This document shows positions 1-8,122 of a stretch of 64,000 nt of DNA, one piece after another. Both the position numbers and the translations under genes were made by a program. A model generated the notes under the pieces. That model had not been told where the DNA came from. It did no database searches and saw only the letters and a program-made list of their open reading frames with translations. Where the stretch lies: assembly GCA_964416005.1 (NCBI GenBank), contig CAYQCP010000006.1:20082-84081 (forward strand). The letters run 5' to 3'. Origin of the DNA: an uncultured Gemmatimonas sp. (lineage in GTDB: Bacteria > Gemmatimonadota > Gemmatimonadetes > Gemmatimonadales > Gemmatimonadaceae). The number at the start of each line of letters is the position of its first letter. Within the stretch, counting starts at the first letter, position 1.

Positions 1-917
1 CTCATGCCACCGCGCTGTCCGTACTGCACGCCGATCTGCAGGTCCGGCCAGATTTCGCGGGTGGCCAGCCGAGCATCTGCCTCCGCCGCGCGCAGATCGG
101 CCTCGCCGGCTTGCACCATCGGGCGCACCGTCGCGGCTTGCCCGATCAGGCTATCGAGCGGGGGCAGGCGATCCGGATACGCCGGCAACACCGCCGTCGC
201 CGTGGAATCGACCGGCTGGTTGAGCAACCCACCGAGCCGCGCAAGATTGACGGCCCGCATGGCCCGCATGGCCGTGATGTCCTCGGTCATGCGACTGACT
301 TCTACTCGCGCCTTCAGGACATCAGCCTGCGCTGTCTCACCAACGCGGTACATCGCTTCCGACGTCGAGGCCACGTCTTCCATGAGGCGGCGCGTGCCGA
401 GCGCGATCTCGATGCTCCGTTCGGTGCGATACACCTCATAGAAGGCGGCTGCGACCTGGCTGCGCACCTCCCACCGGAGATCCAGCGCGCGCGCGCGCGT
501 TCCGCCGACTCGCGCCTCGGCCGCCGCACCCGCCAATCCGAGCTTTCCCGCCGTCGGCACCATTTGCATGACCTGCAGTTGTGTCATGCCGAGCGGATCC
601 ATGGGTCCGAGGCCTGGCAGCGCGCGGTTCATGAAGCCTAGCTGCACCTGCGGATCGGGGGGCCGTCGGGTGCCGGGCACCCGCGCCTCGGCGGCAGTGA
701 CCAGAGCTGTCGCCGCCGTGAGCCGCGGATTCAGGCGATTCGCCGCCGCATACAGGGTGCCGAGCGTGAGCTCGCGCGCCGGCGACGAAGTCTTCTGCGC
801 TCCCGAGGGAACGCCGAGCGTACTGACGCCGGCGCACGCGAAGAGCCACGGTCGGAGCCAACGGAATCGCGCACGACGAGACGGCGCGGCGGACGAAGAT
901 GCGGAGGAACGCGCCAT
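1..917 (-). CDS. Outer-membrane efflux protein, CzcC/TolC family (N-terminal part; 3' end runs off left window edge)
   Basis: Own translation of a minus frame that is absent from the ORF track because it has no stop in the window. ATG at 917-915. N-terminus is signal-like: MARSSASSS...WLFACAGVSTLG. Continues ...LDLRWEVRSQVAAAFYEVYR... and ...ATREIWPDLQIGVQYGQRGGM at position 1. These are typical OEP/CzcC heptad-like segments. Confidence 0.8.
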   Translation of the reverse strand, partial: MARSSASSSAAPSRRARFRWLRPWLFACAGVSTLGVPSGAQKTSSPARELTLGTLYAAANRLNPRLTAATALVTAAEARVPGTRRPPDPQVQLGFMNRALPGLGPMDPLGMTQLQVMQMVPTAGKLGLAGAAAEARVGGTRARALDLRWEVRSQVAAAFYEVYRTERSIEIALGTRRLMEDVASTSEAMYRVGETAQADVLKARVEVSRMTEDITAMRAMRAVNLARLGGLLNQPVDSTATAVLPAYPDRLPPLDSLIGQAATVRPMVQAGEADLRAAEADARLATREIWPDLQIGVQYGQRGGM

Positions 918-1053
918 GCCGGCGCCCGGCATGGGCAAAGTCTGTGGGAACACGAGCAACCTCGAGAGACGGAGAGGGAGCCACGCGGCGAACGACTCGC
1001 CGACGGGCAGACCGCACGGTCAGGGATCGACGTCGAGCGTCGATCTACGAGAC

Positions 1054-1551
1054 TCAGGCTCTCGGAGGGGGTGTGTCAAGCGGACGCGACCACTCGGCAG
1101 GCGGCGCAACGCTCCCGCGCGGGGTCAATGACGCGAACGCGTCCGGCGCTAGGGCGCTTACGGGAGGCGCGACGACAGCCGGAGGAGCCGACGTCGTGCA
1201 ACCCATACCCGTCGGACAGGACGGGCAGGAGGGTAGCGTGCCATCGGGGGCCGTGCAGCAATCGACGCCACTGATCGTCGTCGATCGTGCCGCAATTGTC
1301 CGCGCCTGCATCGGCGCGGGTGCGGCGGCGTGGTGACCGCCGGCCATCGCGTGATGACGCATGGACGCCGCGTCGGAGGTCGCGGTACGGACCGCCGTGC
1401 CCACCAACGCGCGGGGAGCCGTGGACGCGCGCTGGGCCGAGGCGGCAGCGTGCTCGCATGACTGGGCGTCGAGCGACAGCGCCGACGCCGTGATGGCCAG
1501 GACGGCAGCGGCGACGGAGCGCCAACCCGAGACCAGCCAGCGCGGGGTCAA
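1054..1551 (-). CDS. Hypothetical exported Cys/His/Met-containing protein (weak call)
   Basis: Same frame as track ORF 1054..1662. A TTG at 1551 overlaps the upstream stop (TTGA). It gives a signal-like start TPRWLVSGWRSVAAAVLAITASALSLDA-QS, then MRHHAMAGGHHAAAPAPM and DCC...SCPSCP...GC clusters. Ala-rich high-GC composition makes coding status uncertain. Confidence 0.3.
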   Translation of the reverse strand: MTPRWLVSGWRSVAAAVLAITASALSLDAQSCEHAAASAQRASTAPRALVGTAVRTATSDAASMRHHAMAGGHHAAAPAPMQARTIAARSTTISGVDCCTAPDGTLPSCPSCPTGMGCTTSAPPAVVAPPVSALAPDAFASLTPRGSVAPPAEWSRPLDTPPPRA

Positions 1552-2402
1552 CGCAGCCCCCACTGCCACGTGGCGGAGAGCGACACCGCAGGGGCCGTTG
1601 GCGTAAGACCCGCGCCTGCCGTTACCGCGAAGGTGCGCCGATCCGCTCCGCGATGACTCCATCCGGCAACCAGTTGCATCGGCGCGGCCGCGCCGCTCGC
1701 GAAGGGGGTCGTCGCGATCAACGAGCCGTAGAGATGCTGCCCCGTGGTCCCGAGGGCTCGTGCCACGGTCAACGTGCCCGTCGAAACATCGCGAATGGGA
1801 TCGCCCGTCACCCGCCCCAAATGCCAGTACGACAAATCAGCCAGCAAGGAGAATGACCTCTCAAGCCGCGCAAACGTGCCGCCGATCGCCTCGTCCCAGC
1901 GGCCCGTGCCGAACCCACTGGAAGCCCGGGCGAGCGGCACCTTCACCGCCGAGTACATCCCAACGCGATAGGACGAGCCGGTTGACTCCCAGATGGTGGC
2001 GTCCGCTCGCAGCAACGGATCACCGGGACCCGAGTGACCGGTCATGCCCGATCCGCCGGCGTCCAGACCGCCCATGCCGCCGCTCCCCATCATCCCGCCG
2101 GATGTGCCGCTCAACGTGCCGTTCATCCCGGAGTGCGTCGCGCCGCCGACCGGTAGCATGCCGGCCCCCACCGTGCGAACCGTTGCCGCATCCTGAAACA
2201 GATACGGCAGCGCCGCCCAGAGTCGCCACCGGCCGCGCGTGGCCATCGTGCCCAACGAGAGGCCCACCGTGCTGACGGCACGATCGCCGCCGTAGCGTCC
2301 CGCGGTCACCTGCGCCCCGCCGAACACGGACACGGCATCCTGCGCCGAGCCCGTGGTCGCAAGACCACCAGCGAACAGCAGGAGGAGCGGGACGCGTTGC
2401 AT
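1548..2402 (-). CDS. Putative outer-membrane beta-barrel protein with internal Met/Gly-rich loop
   Basis: Signal peptide MQRVPLLLLFAGGLATTGSAQD. Alternating beta-strand-like segments. Loop GMNGTLSGTSGGMMGSGGMGGLDAGGSGMTGHSG. C-terminal aromatic-rich end ...SATWQWGLR. Confidence 0.65.
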   Translation of the reverse strand: MQRVPLLLLFAGGLATTGSAQDAVSVFGGAQVTAGRYGGDRAVSTVGLSLGTMATRGRWRLWAALPYLFQDAATVRTVGAGMLPVGGATHSGMNGTLSGTSGGMMGSGGMGGLDAGGSGMTGHSGPGDPLLRADATIWESTGSSYRVGMYSAVKVPLARASSGFGTGRWDEAIGGTFARLERSFSLLADLSYWHLGRVTGDPIRDVSTGTLTVARALGTTGQHLYGSLIATTPFASGAAAPMQLVAGWSHRGADRRTFAVTAGAGLTPTAPAVSLSATWQWGLR

Positions 2403-2414
2403 GGGCGGCGGCGG

Positions 2415-2912
2415 TTACGGCTTGCCCGCGGCCGGAACGCTCTGCTGCATCTTCTCCATCGATTTCAGCATGCGGTCCATGGTACCAAGCATCTCGTGCA
2501 TTGACTTCTGCATCGTACCCAGCTCGGTGTGCATCGTTCCGCCGGCCATCGCGGTCTTATCGCCCATCAGATCGTGCATTTGCGTGGTGAGTCCCTTCAT
2601 CTGCACCGACATGGCCGAGAGATTCTCGGTCATCAGATGCATCGTGTGCGCGCCGGGGGCGCCCATCGGCATGCCCTGCGCGACCTGCGTCAACTGCTGC
2701 GTGCGCTGGACCATCACGTCCGTCCGCTGCATCATCGACTGCATCTGGGCCATCATGGCGGCCGACATGCCCTGCTGCGCCATGCCCTGATGCGACATGC
2801 CCTGGTGCCCGGCCATGCCGCCCATCTGGCCCTGGGCCGCAGCGCGTCCAGCGGTCAACGCGAGCGCGAGGACGCCGACTGTCGTGCACCGTGCCAACAG
2901 GAGTCTTTTCAT
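2415..2912 (-). CDS. Met/His-rich periplasmic protein (probable Cu(I)/Ag(I)-binding type)
   Basis: Internal ATG at 2912 of track ORF 2415..3008 gives MKRLLLARCTTVGVLALALTAGRAAAQ (signal peptide). It is followed by GQMGGMAGHQGMSHQGMAQQGMSAAMMAQMQSMMQ and many further M/H residues. Confidence 0.75.
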   Translation of the reverse strand: MKRLLLARCTTVGVLALALTAGRAAAQGQMGGMAGHQGMSHQGMAQQGMSAAMMAQMQSMMQRTDVMVQRTQQLTQVAQGMPMGAPGAHTMHLMTENLSAMSVQMKGLTTQMHDLMGDKTAMAGGTMHTELGTMQKSMHEMLGTMDRMLKSMEKMQQSVPAAGKP

Positions 2913-3361
2913 CGGGATCCGTCCCTTCGTTCGAGTGATGATCGGGTCACCGCCTGGAGGTGACCGTCGGTGTTTTCGGAAGGTCGTTGCGACGACATCA
3001 CCCACCAAGTCCGCGTTCCCTTGATTTTATGTAGGATAAAACCTGAACGGTTGACGACCGTTTGTCCAGTCGTACCGGGTAAGGAAAGGCAGAGAGGAGT
3101 GCGGCGACAAGCCTAGGAGAGATCGCGATTTGCGACTTGATCGCCGTCGACTCGTCGTGGCAACCGGACCGCCTCGGGCCTTCACCGAGGACGAGGCGCG
3201 TCGCGCGCACCCCGGTGGGGCCGATCGTCTGTGCTCGCCTCGCTCGCCTTTATTCGGTAGATGGGCACGCCCGCACGCGTACGCGCAGCTACTCGCGTGC
3301 TCAGCCGTGGTCAGTCAATCTCCGCCTCCCCGTCTGCCCCAGGCGCTCTTCGCCACACACG

Positions 3362-4384
3362 CTACGTCGTCGAGCGTGGTGCCGTTGCGGCAAAATGCGC
3401 GGCGAGAGAGAGCAAGGACTCAGTCACTCGGATGATGAACTGCGCTTCCGCTCGAGAGTACGTCATCGGCGCACCGAAGTCGTGATGAGCATCAACTGCA
3501 AGCTGTTTCAGTTTGGTGACAATACCGGCGTACTCTCCGCCGCGCCTTCCGCTCGCCGACCGTTCGAACAACGCTTTGAGGGCATCAATGCCCTTTCCGG
3601 CTTCATGCTCATGACCCGCGGCCTCCAGAACCTTGCGGCACTGTCCGACCGCATCATCGTACTCTCCGGCCCGTACCTTCTCTCTGGCCTCGCGGACGAA
3701 CGCGAGCCCACGTTTGAAGTATTCGCGCTCGCCCGGTCCGTACTGAATCTCCAGGACCTCGAACTCACTGCTGCCGGCCGCTCGGAGAAAATCAAGCCAC
3801 GTTTCTCGCGGAACCAGCAACTCAATGTTCGGGACCTGGCAGTGCAGCCGCCCCTCGGCGGCCACGAGCACTGGCCACAGCGTCACAAGGAACCGAGGGG
3901 CAGCTCCGTTTCTGCGGCGTTCAATCTGTTCCAGTCTCCCGGCATCGAGATCGCAGCAGCACGCCACGACAGTTTCAGCGCCGGTACTCGACGATTGGAC
4001 GGCACGTCGATCACCGCACCATGAAAGGGGCCCAACCGCATCCTGTTCTGGACCGAGACGCAATTCCCCATAAAGATCAGTCATCGCGTAATTCTGAAGC
4101 TGCTGGACACCCTGCATAGCGCTCGGTGCGACGTCGCGAAGTCCGACGCTGACCTTCAGAACAAGCCGAGGGTACAGTGCCGGGTCCGCGTGGAGCGCGT
4201 TGACTCTGATCCGTCCGACAATTGTCGAGTTGACCACTACCTCTGCTTCACCGAAGCTTGGCATTCTCAGTCCGAGAGAGCGAGTCAGTTGTGATAGAAC
4301 ACCCAGCTGAAGCTGATCGACGGAGGTCCGCGGCCACGACTTCTGCCATAGCCGGCGCGACGCCCGAGTTGCCGTGGGCGGCAC
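3362..4384 (-). CDS. Hypothetical 340-aa protein; N-terminal ~200 aa unrecognised, C-terminal helices DUF4145-like
   Basis: Long ORF starting 6 nt downstream of the preceding gene. I recognise no catalytic motif. C-terminal helices FVREAREKVRAGEYDDAVGQCRKVLEA and LKQLAVDAHHDFGAPMTYSRAEAQFIIRVTESLL resemble the DUF4145 pattern found in RM/Abi proteins (by memory only). Confidence 0.6.
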   Translation of the reverse strand: MPPTATRASRRLWQKSWPRTSVDQLQLGVLSQLTRSLGLRMPSFGEAEVVVNSTIVGRIRVNALHADPALYPRLVLKVSVGLRDVAPSAMQGVQQLQNYAMTDLYGELRLGPEQDAVGPLSWCGDRRAVQSSSTGAETVVACCCDLDAGRLEQIERRRNGAAPRFLVTLWPVLVAAEGRLHCQVPNIELLVPRETWLDFLRAAGSSEFEVLEIQYGPGEREYFKRGLAFVREAREKVRAGEYDDAVGQCRKVLEAAGHEHEAGKGIDALKALFERSASGRRGGEYAGIVTKLKQLAVDAHHDFGAPMTYSRAEAQFIIRVTESLLSLAAHFAATAPRSTT

Positions 4385-4390
4385 CGCTTC

Positions 4391-5032
4391 TTACCCGGGT
4401 CGCGCGCGCCATCGTCTGATCGCCTCGATGTACTCGATCACCGGCATAAAATTCAACTCCTCATCACTAAAACCGGCGTCCTTCCGTTCATCGTAGAAGG
4501 CAGACGCAAAGTCCGTGAACCGATACCAGAGGACCGTAGGGCTTGGGGCGTCTTTCACCCCTGCGGTCTCTAGAAACCAATCTCGCACCACACGAACGAG
4601 CAGTGTGGGAGAGGACCGGTGATGCTTGATGTCCACGCCCGAGATGTCCGAGAGTGCGCGCCGATAGTCATACGGTTCCGTATCGAGAATGAGTACCCGC
4701 TTCGTCCGGAATCGTGTGCCGCCGAACAGCTGGGCGCCATGATCGACGCCAAGTTCAAATGGAAGATTGAATCGCGCAAACTCCCCAGCCGCCGTTGCGG
4801 TCGGTCGCGAGATGTCATGAATGCTGTTACGTGACGCCCGGATGAGCGCAGCTATCTTATCGAGGCGATTCTCACTACTATCGGAGCGCTCCGTGGCAAT
4901 GCGGGGAGTGAATCCGAGGTCTAGGATCGTGAACAGGAGGGGCCGAAGCAGCGGAACGTACTCGTGATCGAAAGGACAGTTGATGAAAACGTTCCTTTCG
5001 AAGTCTTGCATCCTCGTCGAAACGTGCTTCAC
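4391..5032 (-). CDS. Nucleoside 2-deoxyribosyltransferase/TIR-like (flavodoxin-fold) protein
   Basis: NVFINCPFDHEY (beta1-type start), RLDKIAALIRASRNSIHDIS, and FNLPFELGVDHGA...KRVLILDTE, which resembles the D.G..FE.G catalytic-Glu motif of the NDT/DrHyd/TIR-like superfamily. The ATG overlaps the upstream stop (ATGA at 5029-5032). Confidence 0.6.
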   Translation of the reverse strand: MKHVSTRMQDFERNVFINCPFDHEYVPLLRPLLFTILDLGFTPRIATERSDSSENRLDKIAALIRASRNSIHDISRPTATAAGEFARFNLPFELGVDHGAQLFGGTRFRTKRVLILDTEPYDYRRALSDISGVDIKHHRSSPTLLVRVVRDWFLETAGVKDAPSPTVLWYRFTDFASAFYDERKDAGFSDEELNFMPVIEYIEAIRRWRARPG

Positions 5033-5262
5033 CTCTTGTCGCGAGGCGGCAAGGGATCATGTCCATGCGAGTCCTTGTCGCGAATCGTTCCGTCGCGGCG
5101 ATGGATCACGAGTTCGCTCTTCTCGTTCCTGCTGACTGAGCGAGCCCAGTCGACGGCCTTTCCCTGCGTCGAGAAGTGCTTCGAGGCCCGTTCAGCGCCA
5201 GCCTTCTTGACGTTCCATCCGCCATCAGGCGCCGGAACCACGTGCTGCGACTTCTTCGTCAT
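5029..5262 (-). CDS. DUF2188-family small protein
   Basis: MTKKSQHVVPAPDGGWNVKKAGAERASKHFSTQGKAVDWARSVSRNEKSELVIHRRDGTIRDKDSHGHDPLPPRD matches the DUF2188 pattern (hvvp..dgW.vk..g..ra...f.tq..A...Ar......el.iH..dG.i...dsyg.DP.pp.D). Confidence 0.75.
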   Translation of the reverse strand: MTKKSQHVVPAPDGGWNVKKAGAERASKHFSTQGKAVDWARSVSRNEKSELVIHRRDGTIRDKDSHGHDPLPPRDKR

Positions 5263-5608
5263 GATACGATACCGGAGGAATGGAGGCGAGTTCGTTCGCG
5301 CGTTTCGCTAGGCAGGGGAAAGATAGCCGATTCTCGTTCCGCAGTCTAACGGTGCGACAGGACATGACTAGAGACAGAACGGCACGTTTGCAGCCGCCCG
5401 GTTCGAGCAGGCGCGGACGATGAAGCGCTCGGAGTTCGCTGTAGCGGAGACGGCAAAGAAGAAGCGCACCGAGACTAGCGAAACGCCGCCACGCGACCGA
5501 CACGTGGTGGCGTTCGACATCGCGCAGCGCCTCACTGATCGTCCCTCGCCGTCCGTCGAAGCCGACGGCGACCCCGGCGATGTGAAGAGGCGGGCGCGGT
5601 TTGGTCAT
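5225..5608 (-). CDS. Hypothetical protein (weak call)
   Basis: The ATG shares one nucleotide with the stop of the XRE-ImmA gene (TGATG at 5606-5610). The first ~70 codons look high in third-position GC; the tail overlaps the DUF2188 gene by 38 nt. No motif recognised. Confidence 0.25.
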   Translation of the reverse strand: MTKPRPPLHIAGVAVGFDGRRGTISEALRDVERHHVSVAWRRFASLGALLLCRLRYSELRALHRPRLLEPGGCKRAVLSLVMSCRTVRLRNENRLSFPCLAKRANELASIPPVSYHDEEVAARGSGA

Positions 5609-6687
5609 CAGGGGACTAGCTGGAGGTTCGGCGGTGGCGTCGGAGGGCGAACGGAGGAAGTCGCGCCTCCATGGATCGGTGTCAGGGCCAGGCCGAATGT
5701 CATCTCATCGAAGTCCTGCATCCTGATCCCTAGATCACGCGCCATTTCCTTCCGCGAGGCGCCATTGGCCAGCACCTTTGCCAATACCTGAGAATGCTCG
5801 CGCGGCCGTTCAGGGCCCGGTTCAGCCCGCGGAAACTTCGACTTGATCTCAATGCACAGATTCCGGTACTGCCAGTCAGTCATGTGACGCAGAGTGTACA
5901 GTCGGTGCGCGTAGGCGAGCGCGGAGACGCCCCACTCTTGTTTGGCCTCAATAATCGCACCGAGCGAGATACGCGCCGGCCGCGATGCGAGGAATGGAAC
6001 GGCTGGCATCAGGAGACTGCCCGCAAAGGTCTGTGCTTCGCGTTCTTCTGCTGAGCCATTGGTGTGCGCGTGCATCGTGAGATGGCAGAGCTCGTGACAG
6101 GCGTCCATCCGCCCGCGCTCCGTCGACTTCACCGTGTTGAGGAATACGAAGGGCACGGCCCCTTGCCAGACCGAGAACGCGTCGATCTCGTCTCCCAGGT
6201 GAACCAAGGAGTAGACCCGCACGCCGTTTCGTTCGAGAAGGTGCACGATATTGGGAAGCGGCTTGTTGCCCAGTGCCCAGACTGCCCGCAGTTTCTCCGC
6301 TGCTTCCTCCGGCGTGCAGTCTCGAAGGTCGGGGACGTTGGGCTCGGGCCGCGTAAACCGCTGGCTAATCCACCGATCGAGCGCGACCGCTTGCGCCCCG
6401 GCGGCCCGCGCCAAGTTCTGGTCCCGCCGGGTGAGGCGTGCGAGCGCCCGGAACTTCTCTGCCGCAAGGCGTTCGGGGGCGTCGCCGAAGAAGTAGTTCG
6501 GCGGAAAGTCGAGCAGTGCCGAGAGCGCAAGCACGTTCTTCTCCTCCGGCGCCTTCTCGCTCCGCTCCCAGCGACCGACCGTCTTGACGCTCACACCGAC
6601 GCGCGCGGCGAGCTCCTGGGCAAAGAGGCCACGCCGCTGACGCGCGAGCACCAAACGTTCGCCCGAGAACAGGCCACGGTCAGCCAT
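5608..6687 (-). CDS. XRE-family HTH fused to ImmA/IrrE (COG2856) zinc metallopeptidase
   Basis: N-terminus: GERLVLARQRRGLFAQELAARVGVSVKTVGRWERSE (HTH_XRE). Centre: MDACHELCHLTMH (HExxH) followed by EREAQTFAGSLLMP. Start chosen at MADRGLF (6687); the track start is 6732. Confidence 0.85.
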   Translation of the reverse strand: MADRGLFSGERLVLARQRRGLFAQELAARVGVSVKTVGRWERSEKAPEEKNVLALSALLDFPPNYFFGDAPERLAAEKFRALARLTRRDQNLARAAGAQAVALDRWISQRFTRPEPNVPDLRDCTPEEAAEKLRAVWALGNKPLPNIVHLLERNGVRVYSLVHLGDEIDAFSVWQGAVPFVFLNTVKSTERGRMDACHELCHLTMHAHTNGSAEEREAQTFAGSLLMPAVPFLASRPARISLGAIIEAKQEWGVSALAYAHRLYTLRHMTDWQYRNLCIEIKSKFPRAEPGPERPREHSQVLAKVLANGASRKEMARDLGIRMQDFDEMTFGLALTPIHGGATSSVRPPTPPPNLQLVP

Positions 6688-7372
6688 GGGCCCTGGGGTG
6701 CACCGGAACGTCAACGTCTGGGGCTCCGCCATCGTCGCGACGCCCGTCCGGCGTTGGCGGGTCCAGAAGGTTGATCTCTGGAAGCACGAGGCGAACGCGC
6801 CAGCCGATCAAGGCTCCATCCTCAGACACGCTGTCTGCCAACGACAGTTCAGTGCGCACGAGGTCTCGGTCACGATGAAAGAGGAAGTACCAGAGCGGTC
6901 CGGCAACGGCTGCTTCCTCATGGTCGCCGCGCAACACCGCGAACTCGGGACTGAGCACGAGTTGGTTGCGCCGAATCTCCGCGACGCCGGCACGGCCTCG
7001 ACGGCGCTTCGTCTGGGCATGGACGGGTGAGTTTCGCACGCCGGTGTTCAGGTCCCCCGATGCGGCGACGATGACCACCTCGCCATCCTCACGGACGATG
7101 TGGGCGATGTTCTTCGAGTCGTTCGCGGTCCAGCGCAGGGCGATGAGACGACCTCGAAGTTCGCCCGCGACTTCGGCCGTTGCACGCAACGCGGGATACC
7201 ACACCGGATGCGCAGCCGTGCAGAAATCACGCGCGGCGGCTCCGGCTCGCGCGGAGTCCTGGAGCACTTCGAGGGGCACGCCGAGGTGCGGCAGCCAGGT
7301 GGAAAGGACCTGATCCTCGGTCGGCACGTCCGTCGTGCCGTCGTCGGACTCGTAGCCAGCTGGAAAATGCAT
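6680..7372 (-). CDS. Hypothetical 230-aa protein upstream of XRE-ImmA
   Basis: Internal ATG (MHFPAGYESDDG...) of track ORF 6680..7615. Overlaps the ImmA gene start by 8 nt. No recognised motif. Confidence 0.55.
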   Translation of the reverse strand: MHFPAGYESDDGTTDVPTEDQVLSTWLPHLGVPLEVLQDSARAGAAARDFCTAAHPVWYPALRATAEVAGELRGRLIALRWTANDSKNIAHIVREDGEVVIVAASGDLNTGVRNSPVHAQTKRRRGRAGVAEIRRNQLVLSPEFAVLRGDHEEAAVAGPLWYFLFHRDRDLVRTELSLADSVSEDGALIGWRVRLVLPEINLLDPPTPDGRRDDGGAPDVDVPVHPRAHG

Positions 7373-7421
7373 GTCTACCCCTGCAGAATGAGCGTTCGAG
7401 ACAACATCGGGTCCTCCAAAT

Positions 7422-7637
7422 CTATAAAACTGGAGGACCCTTTGCAAGTCTCGCTTCGGATTCCGTTTGGGGCACCCTCCGCGGTCTGTCCCAGTAGGGG
7501 GACTTGCATTTCGGGCAGACGAGCGGGGCCGCGTTCTTCTCTCGTGGTCGCCATTCGTGGCTACACCGCTCGCACCGCAAACCCTCGAGCCATGCTTTGG
7601 GCATGGGTGAAACATATACCCATAGATCAGTCTTCAC
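7422..7637 (-). CDS. Small zinc-ribbon protein (CxxC...CxxC)
   Basis: LRCERCSHEWRPREKNAAPLVCPKCKSPYWDRP. Two CxxC pairs, typical of small MGE-borne zinc ribbons. First gene after an AT-rich promoter region. Confidence 0.6.
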   Translation of the reverse strand: MKTDLWVYVSPMPKAWLEGLRCERCSHEWRPREKNAAPLVCPKCKSPYWDRPRRVPQTESEARLAKGPPVL

Positions 7638-7639
7638 AA

Positions 7640-7867
7640 GTATCTTGTTTATTAACTTAGATTATATAGTATACGCGTTGAAGGTATAGTATCTGGCTCT
7701 CTGCAAGAGTGCGGAATCACCCCATATCCGTTACAGAGTAGGGCGGTCGCTCATGTGTCTACGACTTCCCTTTATGTTGCTTTGTGGCGGTTTGTCTTGT
7801 ATGTTACCTAAAGGGAATGAAACAGCAAACAAGGCCAGAACTGACGTAAAGGGACATAGGAAAGCCA
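7640..7867. promoter_or_regulatory. AT-rich divergent promoter/operator region (zinc-ribbon operon vs hipBA)
   Basis: Local GC drop. TATAGTAT occurs twice 20 bp apart (7665-7672 and 7685-7692), and GTATAC is a palindrome. It lies between divergently oriented genes. Confidence 0.4.
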
Positions 7868-8122
7868 ATGCGCCGACTTGAAACCATCGATAGCCCGGAG
7901 GCCTTTGGGGAGGCGTTGCGCCAGCGGCGGAAGGCGCGGCACCTGACGCAGACGCGCGCGGCCGCGCTATGCGGCGTCTCACCCCGACTCTGGAACCAGA
8001 CCGAGACCGGGAAGCGGCCGCAGCTTGGCTTCGCCACGGCGCTGCGCATGTGCCAGGTGCTCGGCCTCGACCTGCAGTTGATGCCGCGGAGCGACCCGAC
8101 CGGACGGGGGCCCAACACGTGA
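7868..8122 (+). CDS. hipB: HipB-like XRE antitoxin
   Basis: FGEALRQRRKARHLTQTRAAALCGVSPRLWNQTETGKR (HTH_XRE). The stop overlaps the hipA ATG (TGATG). Confidence 0.85.
   Translation: MRRLETIDSPEAFGEALRQRRKARHLTQTRAAALCGVSPRLWNQTETGKRPQLGFATALRMCQVLGLDLQLMPRSDPTGRGPNT

Noticed and set aside
3137-4024. 295-aa plus-strand ORF
   Set aside because: It is antisense to the 340-aa minus-strand gene, which is translationally linked to its neighbours. Its N-terminal half lies in the non-coding gap.
7969-8121. N-terminal 51-codon extension of HipA given by the ORF track
   Set aside because: The extension lies inside hipB in another frame and is Arg/Pro-rich. The HipA family sequence starts at the ATG (8122) that overlaps the hipB stop.
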